Source: Gemmatimonadota bacterium (GTDB lineage: Bacteria > Gemmatimonadota > Gemmatimonadetes > Gemmatimonadales > GWC2-71-9). From it: DNA of 64,000 nucleotides. The position numbers and the translations under genes were made by a program. The stretch spans positions 944 to 64,943 of the forward strand of contig JBDGYA010000009.1 in the NCBI GenBank assembly GCA_039584325.1, given 5' to 3'. Of the stretch, positions 1 to 9,225 are shown in pieces. The notes beneath the pieces are model-generated. The model saw only the letters and a program-made list of their open reading frames with translations. It ran no database searches and was not told the origin of the DNA. Every line of letters begins with the position of its first letter. Position 1 is the stretch's first letter.

Positions 1-113
1 CTGAGCCCTCGCCGGTTCCATCCAAGAAGCACATGGACCCGTCGAAGGCTCCACACGTTGTCATCGCGTGCCGTCTCACCACCCCGCAGTCGACATTCGA
101 TGTTCGGCCGCCC

Positions 114-1406
114 CTACTCCTTCCCCGCCCTGATCGTTTCCAGTCCGTGCGCCTTCGGCCCCGTCTCGGCCCGGCGCAGCAGGATCGCGAACAGCAATCC
201 GAAGAAGCCGAGGATCGAGAAGATCCACATGCCGGGCGCGTAGCCCAGCGGGTTCGTCGGACTCGCCCCGAAGGCGTCGTTGGTGCTGCCGATGATCCAG
301 TTCATCGCCGCGACCCCGATCTGTTGGATCAGAGTCATGACCGCGTACGCCGTGCCCAGCCGGCGCTCGTCCACCAGATAGGCCACCGCAGGCCACATCA
401 CGGCGGGGATCAGCGAGAACGCGATGCCCATCATCGCCATGGGCACGCCGAGCGGGGTGAGCTGGTACGCCATCATCACATAGACCGGCATGATCAGCAA
501 CGATCCCACCGCCATGAACAGCGCGCGGTTTGCCACCTTGTCCACCAGCAACCCGAACAGCGGCGTCGCGATCATGGCCGACAACGGGAGGATGCTGTTG
601 ACGGCGCCCGCGGCCTCGCGGGACATGCCGTGCCCTTCGATGAAGAACTTGATCGCGAAGCTGCGGAACGGGAAAATCGCGGAGTAGAACGTTACGCACA
701 GTGCCACCACGAGCCAGAACGACTTGCCGAATCGGAACAGGTCGCCGAGGACGAGGTGGTCGCGCTCGCCCGCCTCACCGAGGTGGTAGCGGCGCTTGGC
801 GACGCCTTCGAGCGCCCCGTAGCCCAAAGGCGATAGCAGGCACAGCACGCCGAGCATCGCCGCCACCCAGAGCGGCCCCTGCCAACCGGTGTACGCAAAC
901 CCCGCCCACGTGGGTGAGTTGTCGGCCGCGACCGAGCCGAGCCGCGCAATGGTCAGGTTGAGCCCGAACGCGAAGCTCAGCTCTTTCCCCTTGAACCACT
1001 TGGCCAGCGCGGTCGTGATCGCCACGATGAGCGGCTCGGAGCCTATGCCGAGGAGAAAGCGTGCCGTCAGCATGATCGTGAGATCGGGCGACACCGCGTT
1101 GACGATAGCGGCCACCGTGCAGATCCCGCCGAACAGGATCGTCGCGGCCGCGGTGCCGAAGCGATCGATGATCACTCCACCTACCAGCAGGATGATGACG
1201 GCCGCGATGCTGTACACGGAGTACAGCTGGCCGATGTTCTCGTCGGAGAAGCCGAGGTCCGCCTTGAGGATGTCCGCGATGGGGGCGATGGAATCGTACA
1301 CGTAGTAGTTGCCGAACATCGCCAGCGAGATGATCACGAGCACCGACCAGCGGTACATGGTCGGCGGCGGCGGCTTCAGCGTCGCTCCGTTCGGAGAGCC
1401 GGTCAT
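114..1406 (-). CDS. MFS transporter
   Basis: ORF 114..1457(-) has multiple hydrophobic helices and an MFS-like loop 'GGVIIDRFGT'. Start placed at ATG 1406 (MTGSPNG), 8 nt downstream of AAAGGA. ATG 1457 and ATG 1358 are alternative starts. Confidence 0.8.
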   Translation of the reverse strand: MTGSPNGATLKPPPPTMYRWSVLVIISLAMFGNYYVYDSIAPIADILKADLGFSDENIGQLYSVYSIAAVIILLVGGVIIDRFGTAAATILFGGICTVAAIVNAVSPDLTIMLTARFLLGIGSEPLIVAITTALAKWFKGKELSFAFGLNLTIARLGSVAADNSPTWAGFAYTGWQGPLWVAAMLGVLCLLSPLGYGALEGVAKRRYHLGEAGERDHLVLGDLFRFGKSFWLVVALCVTFYSAIFPFRSFAIKFFIEGHGMSREAAGAVNSILPLSAMIATPLFGLLVDKVANRALFMAVGSLLIMPVYVMMAYQLTPLGVPMAMMGIAFSLIPAVMWPAVAYLVDERRLGTAYAVMTLIQQIGVAAMNWIIGSTNDAFGASPTNPLGYAPGMWIFSILGFFGLLFAILLRRAETGPKAHGLETIRAGKE

Positions 1407-1469
1407 CGCACAGGTCCTTTCGACGGCGTTCGTGCCTCGGCACAGTCCGGGCATCATACGTCGAGGGCT

Positions 1470-1500
1470 GGGAGGGGACTAGGGGCGGACGGGCGGGGGG
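1470..1500 (+). other. G-quadruplex-forming motif (GGG-A-GGGG-ACTA-GGGG-CGGAC-GGG-C-GGGGGG) in a divergent promoter region
   Basis: Read directly from the sequence. Five or more G-runs of at least 3 nt are separated by loops of 5 nt or less, between the MFS gene (-) and the response regulator gene (+). Confidence 0.4.
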
Positions 1501-1510
1501 TCACGCGACC

Positions 1511-1602
1511 GATCTCCCCGTCCACCGTCCATCCGTCGATCCGTCCTTCCGACGTCCGTTCCGCCGTCGTTGTGATCCCCGTCACGGCACCCTCCCGTCC
1601 CG
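1511..1602 (-). repeat. Degenerate ~7-8 nt purine-rich tract (units like TGGACGG/GGAACGG on the minus strand)
   Basis: The plus strand reads ccccgtccaccgtccatccgtcgatccgtccttccgacgtccgttccgccgtcg. The composition is strongly strand-asymmetric, and the unit resembles the tracts at 4778-4915 and 46195-46272. Confidence 0.4.
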
Positions 1603-1665
1603 GCATGCTTGATGCGCGGAGAGCGTGAGTCGTCCCGAATCCCGCTGCGGCACACTGGAGGGACC

Positions 1666-2778
1666 GTGGCCGAACAGGACCAGTCGTTCCAGGATGCGAG
1701 GATCCTCATCGTCGATGACGAGGAGATGAACGTCCGCATGCTCGAGCAGGTGCTCGAGCCGGCGGGATACACGCAGCTGGCCAGCACGACGGATGCGCGA
1801 GAGGTCCTGCCGCTGTTCCGGGAGTTCAGGCCCGATCTCGTGCTGCTCGACATCAAGATGCCGCACCTCGACGGCCACCAGGTGCTCGATCAGCTGCGGC
1901 AGGAACTCCCTCGGGAGGAGTACCTGCCGGTGCTCGTGCTCACGTCAGACGGCGGCGCCCACACCAGACGACGCGCCTTGTCGGGCGGTGCGAACGATTT
2001 CCTCACGAAGCCGTTCAGTCCGGTCGAGGCTCGGCTGCGCATCCACAACCTGCTGCACACCCGCTTCCTGCATCGGTCACTCAGCGAGCACAACCGCCTG
2101 CTGGAGGAACGGGTCCGCGAGCGCACCGTCGAGCTGACGGCACGCACGACGGAACTGGACGAGGCGCGGCTGGAGATCCTCGAGCGGCTCGCGCGGGCCG
2201 CGGAGTACCGCGACGACGAGACCGGGCTCCACACGCAACGAGTATCGCGCATCGCGGCACTTCTGGCGGAGTGCCTCGGGGTCGGGCCGGACGAGGTCGA
2301 GCTGATCCGGCGGGCCTCCCCTCTCCACGACATCGGCAAGATCGGGATCCCCGACCGGGTGCTGCTCAAGGACGGCCCGCTCGATCTCGCCGAGACGAAG
2401 CTCATGCAGAGCCATACGATCATCGGTGCGAAGATCCTCTCCGGCAGCCGCGTCCCCTTGCTTCATGTCGGGAAGCACATCGCCCTCACTCATCACGAGT
2501 GGTGGGATGGCACTGGATACCCGTCCGGCCTCAGCAGCGAGGCGATCCCCCTGGCGGGACGGCTGGTGGCCGTCGCCGACGTGTTCGACGCCCTTACCCA
2601 CCACCGGCCGTACAAGGAGGCGTGGCCGTCGCACCACGCGGTTCGCGAGATCGAGCGATATACGGGCACGCAGTTCGATCCGGCGGTCGTCGCCGGATTC
2701 CTGGAGTTGGCACACGGCGGGCAGCTGGAGGAAGCAGCCTTCGCGCTCCCCGACACGGCACAGGAAGCGGCCCGGTGA
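1666..2778 (+). CDS. Response regulator with REC domain fused to an HD-GYP phosphodiesterase domain (RpfG-like)
   Basis: REC motifs 'ILIVDDEEMNVRML', 'DLVLLDIKMPHLDG' and 'DFLTKPF'. HD-GYP motifs 'HDIGKIGIP' and 'HHEWWDGTGYP'. Start placed at GTG 1666, 5 nt after GGAGGG. ATG 1609 is an alternative start. Confidence 0.85.
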   Translation: MAEQDQSFQDARILIVDDEEMNVRMLEQVLEPAGYTQLASTTDAREVLPLFREFRPDLVLLDIKMPHLDGHQVLDQLRQELPREEYLPVLVLTSDGGAHTRRRALSGGANDFLTKPFSPVEARLRIHNLLHTRFLHRSLSEHNRLLEERVRERTVELTARTTELDEARLEILERLARAAEYRDDETGLHTQRVSRIAALLAECLGVGPDEVELIRRASPLHDIGKIGIPDRVLLKDGPLDLAETKLMQSHTIIGAKILSGSRVPLLHVGKHIALTHHEWWDGTGYPSGLSSEAIPLAGRLVAVADVFDALTHHRPYKEAWPSHHAVREIERYTGTQFDPAVVAGFLELAHGGQLEEAAFALPDTAQEAAR

Positions 2779-2786
2779 GCGGCAGG

Positions 2787-3269
2787 ATGCTGGTTGTGCC
2801 GGCGGTCGTCCTCGCGGCGGGGTGTGCGGCCGGGACGGTTCGGCCCGAGCCCACTCCGATGGACCGCATGGAGGCAGCAATCGCTGCGGTGAACCGCCAG
2901 GAACCCGCGACGGCGCTTCAGCACTTGCGTGCCGTGGTCGCGGCGGAGCCCGGCGGCAGTCTGGAACGGGACGCCCGCCTGCTGGGCGCCGCCGTCGCCC
3001 TCGACCCTCGCAATCCCGACCGCGATCCCGACCTCGGCGCCGAGCTGGCCGCCGGCTACCGTCCGGCCGCGACGGGCGACTCGGGGGCGGCGCTGGCACG
3101 CACCCTATTCGTGCTCGCACTCTATCTCGGGGCGACCCCGGGGCCACACGTGGTCGACGGGGCGCCGCTGGCACCGCTTCCCGCACTCACCGTCCCGGCG
3201 ATGGCGATCAGGCTCAGCGAGCTGGAGACCGAGCTTGAGCGCATCCGCAAGACGCTCGAGCCCGACTGA
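2787..3269 (+). CDS. Hypothetical lipoprotein (Ala/Pro-rich, helical)
   Basis: Second half of ORF 2271..3269. Signal and lipobox 'MLVVPAVVLAAGC'. An in-frame GTG at 2775 overlaps the upstream stop (GTGA). The gene sits between the regulator and the kinase. Confidence 0.55.
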   Translation: MLVVPAVVLAAGCAAGTVRPEPTPMDRMEAAIAAVNRQEPATALQHLRAVVAAEPGGSLERDARLLGAAVALDPRNPDRDPDLGAELAAGYRPAATGDSGAALARTLFVLALYLGATPGPHVVDGAPLAPLPALTVPAMAIRLSELETELERIRKTLEPD

Positions 3270-3281
3270 GTTTCGGCGCCG

Positions 3282-4913
3282 ATGACGATCCGTTCCCGGC
3301 TCCTGCTCGCGTTCACCGCGATCGCCCTGTTCCTGGGGATCCCCCTGGCGTACGGCGTCCACCGGCTCGTGGAGCTGCGGGAGAGCGCCGTGACCCTGCG
3401 CGCGAGACAGACGGAAGCACTCGACGCGCTGGGCGAGCTGCGGACAGGTCTGGTCGAGTACGACCGTCACATGCGCAGCTACGTGATCGCCCCCGATCCG
3501 CTGTTCCGTGCCGAGATGCGCGACGCGCTCGGCCGGGCGCGCGCGGGCGCCGTGCGGCTCACGCGGGTCGGCATCGGGAGTATGGACACGCCGCCCACGC
3601 GATGGCTGGATTCCCTCGCCGCGGTGTCGGTCGGACTCGAGGCCCTCGTCGAGGCGCGGCGCACCCGGGAGGCCACAGACCTGTTGCGCACCAGTGTCCG
3701 GCCGGTGCTGACCGAAGCACGGTCGACGGTCGATCCGATCGGCGACGCCATCAACCGGTGGAGCGGGCGTGCCGCGGCGGAGGCGCAGGTCATCAGCGCC
3801 CGTGCTACCCGGACGGCGCTGGTCGGCGCCATCGTTGCCACCGTGCTTGGAGCGGCGGTGGCACTATGGGCGACCCTCTCACTCACCGGTCCCGTGCGCC
3901 GTCTGCGAACCAGCATGGCGTCGGTGGCGCGGGGCGTGTTCGTGGCACCACCCGACCTGCCGTACGGACGCGACGACGAGGTGGGCGATCTCAGCCGGTC
4001 CTTCCGATCGATGACCGAACAGCTGGCCGAACTGGAACGGATCCGCGGCGAGTTCCTGAACGTGGTCAGCCATGACATCAAGGCTCCGCTCAACATCATC
4101 AACGGTTGTGCCGAGCTGGTCGAGGAGGCCGGCGGCGAGCAGCTCGATCCGCAACAGCGCACTCATCTCCACACGATCCACGAGCACGTCCGGCTCCTGA
4201 CTCAGCGCGTGGACCGCATGCTCAAGCTCGGGCGGCTCGAGGCGCAGGCGTACCCGGTCCAGGTCGAGCGGGTGCCGGTCGTGCCCACGTTCGGGTGGGT
4301 GCGCAGTGCGTTCGAGTCCCAGGCCAGACACCTCGGGATCGAGTTCACCGTCACCGTTGACCAGGGCGCCCCGGCGTTCGTCGAGGTGGACCCCGAGTGC
4401 CTGCACAACGAGATCGTGGGCAACCTGCTGTCCAACGCGTTCAAGTTCACGCCACGCGGAGGCACGGTGGCCGTGCGCGTCTGGGGAGAACGCGAGCGCC
4501 CGTCCGCCCTGCACTTCGCGGTGATCGACTCGGGTGTCGGGATCCCCGAGGACGAGTTGCCGTTCGTTTTCGGTAAGTACTACCAGGCCGGTGGACGCCG
4601 GCCCGACAGCGGCGTCGGACTCGGCCTGGCAATCGTGCGCCAGCTCGTCGAGGCGCACGGCGGCACGGTGAACGTCGAGAGCCGCCCAGGCGGGGGAAGC
4701 ATCTTCCACGTCACGCTGCCGGGGAACGGGCGCCCGGCGGGGCCAGGGCCGGAGCGAATCACCGCGAGCGGTGACGTGGCGGAACGGCGGGACGGTGGGA
4801 TAGCTGGAACGGGGAAGCGGGAACGGCGAAAGGGAATGGGAATCTGGACGCGGGGTAGGAAACGGACCGCGGGTGGAACGACCAGCGGAGAAGGCGGGAT
4901 ACGTGAATCGTGA
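3282..4913 (+). CDS. Sensor histidine kinase (N-terminal TM plus helical sensor, HAMP, HisKA, HATPase_c)
   Basis: H-box 'FLNVVSHDIKAPL'. N/G boxes 'NLLSNAFKFTP', 'DSGVGIP' and 'GVGLGLAIV'. HAMP-like 'DEVGDLSRSFRSMTEQL'. The last ~65 aa are a low-complexity G/R-rich tail encoded by a purine-rich tract. Confidence 0.85.
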   Translation: MTIRSRLLLAFTAIALFLGIPLAYGVHRLVELRESAVTLRARQTEALDALGELRTGLVEYDRHMRSYVIAPDPLFRAEMRDALGRARAGAVRLTRVGIGSMDTPPTRWLDSLAAVSVGLEALVEARRTREATDLLRTSVRPVLTEARSTVDPIGDAINRWSGRAAAEAQVISARATRTALVGAIVATVLGAAVALWATLSLTGPVRRLRTSMASVARGVFVAPPDLPYGRDDEVGDLSRSFRSMTEQLAELERIRGEFLNVVSHDIKAPLNIINGCAELVEEAGGEQLDPQQRTHLHTIHEHVRLLTQRVDRMLKLGRLEAQAYPVQVERVPVVPTFGWVRSAFESQARHLGIEFTVTVDQGAPAFVEVDPECLHNEIVGNLLSNAFKFTPRGGTVAVRVWGERERPSALHFAVIDSGVGIPEDELPFVFGKYYQAGGRRPDSGVGLGLAIVRQLVEAHGGTVNVESRPGGGSIFHVTLPGNGRPAGPGPERITASGDVAERRDGGIAGTGKRERRKGMGIWTRGRKRTAGGTTSGEGGIRES

Positions 4914-4915
4914 AC
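4778..4915 (+). repeat. Purine-rich degenerate octamer tract (GGNGGAAC-like units; five GGAAC/GGAAAC cores)
   Basis: ggcggaacggcgggacggtgggatagctggaacggggaagcgggaacggcgaaagggaatgggaatc...ggaaacgg...ggtggaacg. There is a strong G+A excess on the plus strand. The tract overlaps the 3' end of the kinase ORF. Confidence 0.45.
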
Positions 4916-5000
4916 CGGAGGGGCGGTCGAGCGGTTGGGCGCGTGCCCCACTTGGATATTAGGTGTTCCCCCCATTGGCTACGGGATATCGCCTATCCGT

Positions 5001-6482
5001 CTATCTCCCCACGGGGATCCCCTGCTCCTTCGCGTACGCCATCAGCGCACGCGTCCCACCCTTGAACGAGTACGCCTCGTACCCCGCCCGCTGCATGACC
5101 TCGGCGAGATAGGCCGACTGCACGCCGAACGGGCAGTACAGCACGTACGTGCGGGTCTTGTCCAGATCCCGAAACCGAGCGGCGAGATTGTCGATGTCCC
5201 GACGAATCGCGCCGGGATAGTGCCAGGCCCGGTAGTGATGGTCCTCGCGACAGTCGATGACCTCGGCATGGTCGGGCACCGTGGTCGTGAAGATGTACGG
5301 CTGCACCAGGTCCACCGCGTCGAGTCCGCGCAGATCCAGGACCCTTCGCTCGGCGACCGCCTGCTCCAGCACTGACAGATCGACGTGCGACTCCTCGTCG
5401 GTGGCTGCCCGCGGCGTGGCATGGGTCACCGGACGATCGGGCAGGATGGCGCAATACTCGCGGATGTGTTGCGACAACACTGCCGTACCGATGCGCTCCG
5501 CACGCCGGATGATCTCCACCTTGTCCAACCCGACCAGCGGGCGCAGCACCGGAAGCGAGGCCACGGCGTCGATGGCGCGGAGGTTGGCGAGCGTCTGCGA
5601 CGACACCTGCCCCACCGACTCCCCCGTGACAACCGCGTCGGCCCCGATGTCCAATGCGACCCGCTCCCCGGCACGGTACATCAGACGTTTGAGTACGATC
5701 TGCCAGTACTTGGGCTGTACCGTGCGCTGAAGCTCGGTCACGGTGGCATCGAATTCCACGACGTGGATCTTCGGCCGGTCCCCGTAGCTCCAGGCGTCCG
5801 CGATCACTTTGGCAACCGAGACGACGGCCCGCTCGTACGCCTCCCCGCTCAGGTTGCAGAACACGTAGTCGAGTGCCACACCCCGCTTGAGCAGCAGCCA
5901 TGCCGCCACGGCTGAGTCGAAGCCACCGGAGATGAGACAGACGGCCCGCCCCTCCACGCCGATCGGCAGACCACCCTCACCCGGTATCTTGTCACTGTAG
6001 AGCAGGGCTTCGCCCTCCCGCACGTCCACCGTGACGGCCACGTCCGGATCGTCGAGATCGACCGTGGCGTACCGGTCCAGGGCCGCACCGAGCTGCACCT
6101 TGATGTCGCGCGACCTGAAGGTGCACGGCCCGTTCGTGCGTGCGCGCACCGCGAACCGGCGGCCGCGAACCCGCTCGGCCCAGAGGGTTTCTCCCACCCG
6201 GACGATCTCGTCGAGCTCAGCCGGGAGCCTCGCCTCGATACGCGAGACGCTGCTCACCCCGAATACCGTCGCGAGATACCGGTCGGCGTTCGCGTCGGGC
6301 GCTTCCACCAGCAGGTGGCTCCACTTCACGTCCACGCGTCCCTCGAGCCCGGCGGACGACAGCGCGTCCCGCAGGTTGCGCCCGAGCTGCTGCTGAAAGC
6401 GCCGTCGGGTGCCACGCGCCTTCGTCGCGATCTCGGAGGCGATGCGTACGAGAAACTGGTGGGAACGGGGCACATCGGGCAT
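5001..6482 (-). CDS. thiI: tRNA 4-thiouridine(8) synthase ThiI with C-terminal rhodanese domain
   Basis: ORF 5001..6743(-), with the start re-placed at ATG 6482 (MPDVPRSHQFLVRIASEIATK). PP-loop 'LISGGFDSAVAAW'. The rhodanese region 'YVLYCPFGVQS' carries the catalytic Cys. Confidence 0.85.
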   Translation of the reverse strand: MPDVPRSHQFLVRIASEIATKARGTRRRFQQQLGRNLRDALSSAGLEGRVDVKWSHLLVEAPDANADRYLATVFGVSSVSRIEARLPAELDEIVRVGETLWAERVRGRRFAVRARTNGPCTFRSRDIKVQLGAALDRYATVDLDDPDVAVTVDVREGEALLYSDKIPGEGGLPIGVEGRAVCLISGGFDSAVAAWLLLKRGVALDYVFCNLSGEAYERAVVSVAKVIADAWSYGDRPKIHVVEFDATVTELQRTVQPKYWQIVLKRLMYRAGERVALDIGADAVVTGESVGQVSSQTLANLRAIDAVASLPVLRPLVGLDKVEIIRRAERIGTAVLSQHIREYCAILPDRPVTHATPRAATDEESHVDLSVLEQAVAERRVLDLRGLDAVDLVQPYIFTTTVPDHAEVIDCREDHHYRAWHYPGAIRRDIDNLAARFRDLDKTRTYVLYCPFGVQSAYLAEVMQRAGYEAYSFKGGTRALMAYAKEQGIPVGR

Positions 6483-6568
6483 TGATTGGAAGATAGCGTG
6501 GACCGACGCGTGACGGGCGAGCGTCACCGACGCCCGACCCACACGTGCTGGGGCACCGCCGAGGAGCG

Positions 6569-8446
6569 TCAGAGATTCCTGGGGATTCCCCCCGCGTCGC
6601 GGCGTTCGAGCACGACCTCCTCGGACTCCGGAACGACGTCCTCCCCGGGATTCACGAACCGGTCGTGCTCCAGCATGTACTGCTTGTCGTACAGCTGGCG
6701 GTAGCGTCCGCGCTTGGCAAGCAGCTCGGCATGTGTCCCGCACTCGACGATGTCTCCAGCTTCCAACACCAGAATCTGGTCGGCGCTGCGGATGGTCGAG
6801 AGCCGGTGGGCAATCACGAACGTCGTCCGGCCGTGCCGCAGTCGGCGCAGGCCGTCCTGGATCTTTGCCTCGCTCTCGCTGTCCAGGCTCGAGGTTGCCT
6901 CGTCGAGGATCAGAATGCTCGGATCGGCCAGGATGGCCCGCGCGATGGCGATGCGTTGGCGCTGGCCACCCGAGAGCTTGACACCACGCTCCCCGACGAC
7001 GGTCGCGTAGCCATCGTCGAACTCCTCGATGAACTCGTCGGCGTGCGCGATACGCGCAACGCCCCTGATCTCATCGATCGACGCGTGCGGCTTGGAGAAC
7101 GCGATGTTCTCCGCGATCGTCCCGTCGAACAGGAAATTCTCCTGCAGCACGACGCCCAGCGTGCCGCGATAATCTCGCAGGCGGACAGCCGACAGATCCC
7201 GGTCGTCCATCAGGACCCGGCCGGACTTGGGACGATTGAAGGCCATCACCAGCGAAATGAGCGTGCTCTTGCCCGATCCGCTCGAGCCCACCAGCGCGGT
7301 GGTCGATCCTGCGGGTGCGGCGAACGACACGCCTCGGAGCACCGGCACGTTCTCCTCATACTCGAACCAAACGTCCTCGAACGTGATGGCCCCATCCATC
7401 GTCCCGAGTGGCTCGCGCTGCACGTCTTCCTTCCACTCCGTTGCCATACGGCGGATCTCGCGGATCCGGTCGAGTCCCGCGAACGCCTCGCTGATCTGGG
7501 TGCCGATCTGCGAGATGTCGATGAGCGGCATGGCAACCAGTCCGACGAAGAACACGTACATCACGAAGTCGCCGAGCGTCATCCTGCCGTCGATGATTGC
7601 TCGGCCGCCGACCAGCACCATCGTCACGCCCACCGCACCGACGATCACGGTGGTGATCGACGTGATCGCCGAGATTCCGGTGATGGTCGTGGCGATGTTG
7701 CGGAACAGCCTGTGCACGCCCTTCGCAAAGGTGTGCGCCTCGTTCCGTTCCGCGACGTAGGCCTTCACCACCCGAATGCCGCCGAGCGACTCGGCCAAGC
7801 GGCCGGTGACCTCGGCATTGATCTTGGAGCGCTCGCGGAAGATCGGGCGCAGTCGCTTGAAGGCGATAGTCATTGCCGCTGCGAATGCGCCGAGGATGAC
7901 CAGGATGACGAGAGTGAGCGTCCAGTTGAGCACGAAGAGGATCACGAGCCCGATGCTGGCGCTGACGAAGCCGCCCAGCAGACGCACCAGACCCGTGCCC
8001 ACCAGGTTTCGGATGCCCTCGGCGTCCTGCATGATGCGCGAGATGAGCACACCGGTCTTGGTGGAATCGAAGTAGCTCACCGGCAGCCGACTCACGTGCT
8101 CCATCACGGACTTGCGCATGTCCGTAATAGCCCGCTGCGCCATGACGCCGAGCACCTGCGACAGCGCAAACGAGGAGCCCCCTTGCACCAGGGCGGCTCC
8201 ACCCACCGCGGCAGCGATGGGGACCAGCAGCTCCGCACGCTGGTTGCCGACGACCTCGTCGATCAGCCACTTGGACGAGCCGGGCATCACCATCCCCGCG
8301 AGCCGGTTGACGATCATCAGCACGCCGCCGAGCGCGAGCCGGGAGCGCCGCGCCCAGATGACGTCGCGCGCCTCGCGCCAGACGGCCGAGTACTCGACCT
8401 TCTTCTGTCTGCCTCTGGAATCGCTCACGGTCGGAGAAACACTCAC
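6569..8446 (-). CDS. ABC exporter, fused permease and ATPase (MsbA/ABCB-type)
   Basis: Six N-terminal TM segments. Walker A 'GSSGSGKST', signature '[14 protein letters not shown]' and Walker B 'ILILDEATS'. Confidence 0.9.
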   Translation of the reverse strand: MSVSPTVSDSRGRQKKVEYSAVWREARDVIWARRSRLALGGVLMIVNRLAGMVMPGSSKWLIDEVVGNQRAELLVPIAAAVGGAALVQGGSSFALSQVLGVMAQRAITDMRKSVMEHVSRLPVSYFDSTKTGVLISRIMQDAEGIRNLVGTGLVRLLGGFVSASIGLVILFVLNWTLTLVILVILGAFAAAMTIAFKRLRPIFRERSKINAEVTGRLAESLGGIRVVKAYVAERNEAHTFAKGVHRLFRNIATTITGISAITSITTVIVGAVGVTMVLVGGRAIIDGRMTLGDFVMYVFFVGLVAMPLIDISQIGTQISEAFAGLDRIREIRRMATEWKEDVQREPLGTMDGAITFEDVWFEYEENVPVLRGVSFAAPAGSTTALVGSSGSGKSTLISLVMAFNRPKSGRVLMDDRDLSAVRLRDYRGTLGVVLQENFLFDGTIAENIAFSKPHASIDEIRGVARIAHADEFIEEFDDGYATVVGERGVKLSGGQRQRIAIARAILADPSILILDEATSSLDSESEAKIQDGLRRLRHGRTTFVIAHRLSTIRSADQILVLEAGDIVECGTHAELLAKRGRYRQLYDKQYMLEHDRFVNPGEDVVPESEEVVLERRDAGGIPRNL

Positions 8447-8525
8447 GAGCCGGGGTGCAGAGTCAAGGGCGCGACCGGCGGACGCCCTCTAACGAGGTAC
8501 TGATCTCGCGGATAGCTTCTCTTCC

Positions 8526-9206
8526 ATGCCCTACGCTCTCATGACCAGCGGAGGCAAGGACGCGACCCTCGCGTTCGATCGGGCGCGCCGAAGCGGCATT
8601 GACGTCCAGTTGCTCGTGAGTTTGTACGATGGCGCGTCGTCCCGCGTGCGCTTCCACGGAGTTCGCAAGCAACTGATCACCGACCAGGCGGCTGCCCTCG
8701 GACTGGAGCTGCTGGCCGTGCCAACACCATCGGATGCTTATGAGCCAGTGTTCAACGATACGCTGGCCGAGCTCCGAGAGCGGGACCTCGAGGGCGTCGT
8801 ATTCGGCAACGTGCACCTCGACGACGTGCGGGAATGGTACGAGCGGCGCGTGAACGCCGCCGGCCTAGAGCACGTCGAGCCGCTCTGGGGAGCGCCGGCG
8901 GTGGAGATCGCGTGGGAGGTCGTCGAGCGGGGCTACCGGGCGGTGGTCGTGAGCGTGAACCTCAGCGAGCGCGCCACCCAGTTCCTCGGCTGCGAGTTCG
9001 ACGCCGACCTCGTCACGCAAATCAGCGTCGTGGATCACATGGACCCGTGTGGCGAGCGGGGCGAGTATCACACCTTCGTGTTCGATGGACCGGAGTTCCG
9101 AGACCCCGTGGGCTTCACGCGCGGGCAGGTCACCGAGCACGACGGCCACCGGTTTCTCGACCTCCTGCCGATGAACGGCGCACTAGCCGTGCCCCATGCC
9201 GGCTGA
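8526..9206 (+). CDS. Dph6/MJ0570-related ATP-pyrophosphatase family protein (DUF71, PP-loop)
   Basis: N-terminal PP-loop-like 'LMTSGGKDATLA', plus 'FGNVHLDDVREWYE' and 'GERGEYHTFVFDGP', which are typical of the family. Confidence 0.65.
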   Translation: MPYALMTSGGKDATLAFDRARRSGIDVQLLVSLYDGASSRVRFHGVRKQLITDQAAALGLELLAVPTPSDAYEPVFNDTLAELRERDLEGVVFGNVHLDDVREWYERRVNAAGLEHVEPLWGAPAVEIAWEVVERGYRAVVVSVNLSERATQFLGCEFDADLVTQISVVDHMDPCGERGEYHTFVFDGPEFRDPVGFTRGQVTEHDGHRFLDLLPMNGALAVPHAG

Positions 9207-9225
9207 CAGCGCCACTCCGTACTGA

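Noticed and set aside
33-836. ORF at the window start (267 aa, +), and possible partial gene in 1..113
   Set aside because: It is antisense to the MFS transporter and low-complexity (R/H/D/E-rich). The first 113 nt are too short to assign to any gene.
4778-4915. Short-repeat tracts considered as a possible CRISPR array
   Set aside because: The units are ~8 nt, degenerate and contiguous with no spacers. No cas genes are in the window.
6545-8503. Long plus-strand ORF (652 aa), together with similar ones at 19599..21353, 30567..31895, 52600..55032, 2077..3186(-), 11676..12911(-) and 38682..40169(-)
   Set aside because: Each lies opposite a gene with unambiguous motifs (ABC exporter, M28 peptidase, galK, antiporter/HDAC, HD-GYP regulator, M64 peptidase, MacA). 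All give R/G/P/D-rich low-complexity translations.
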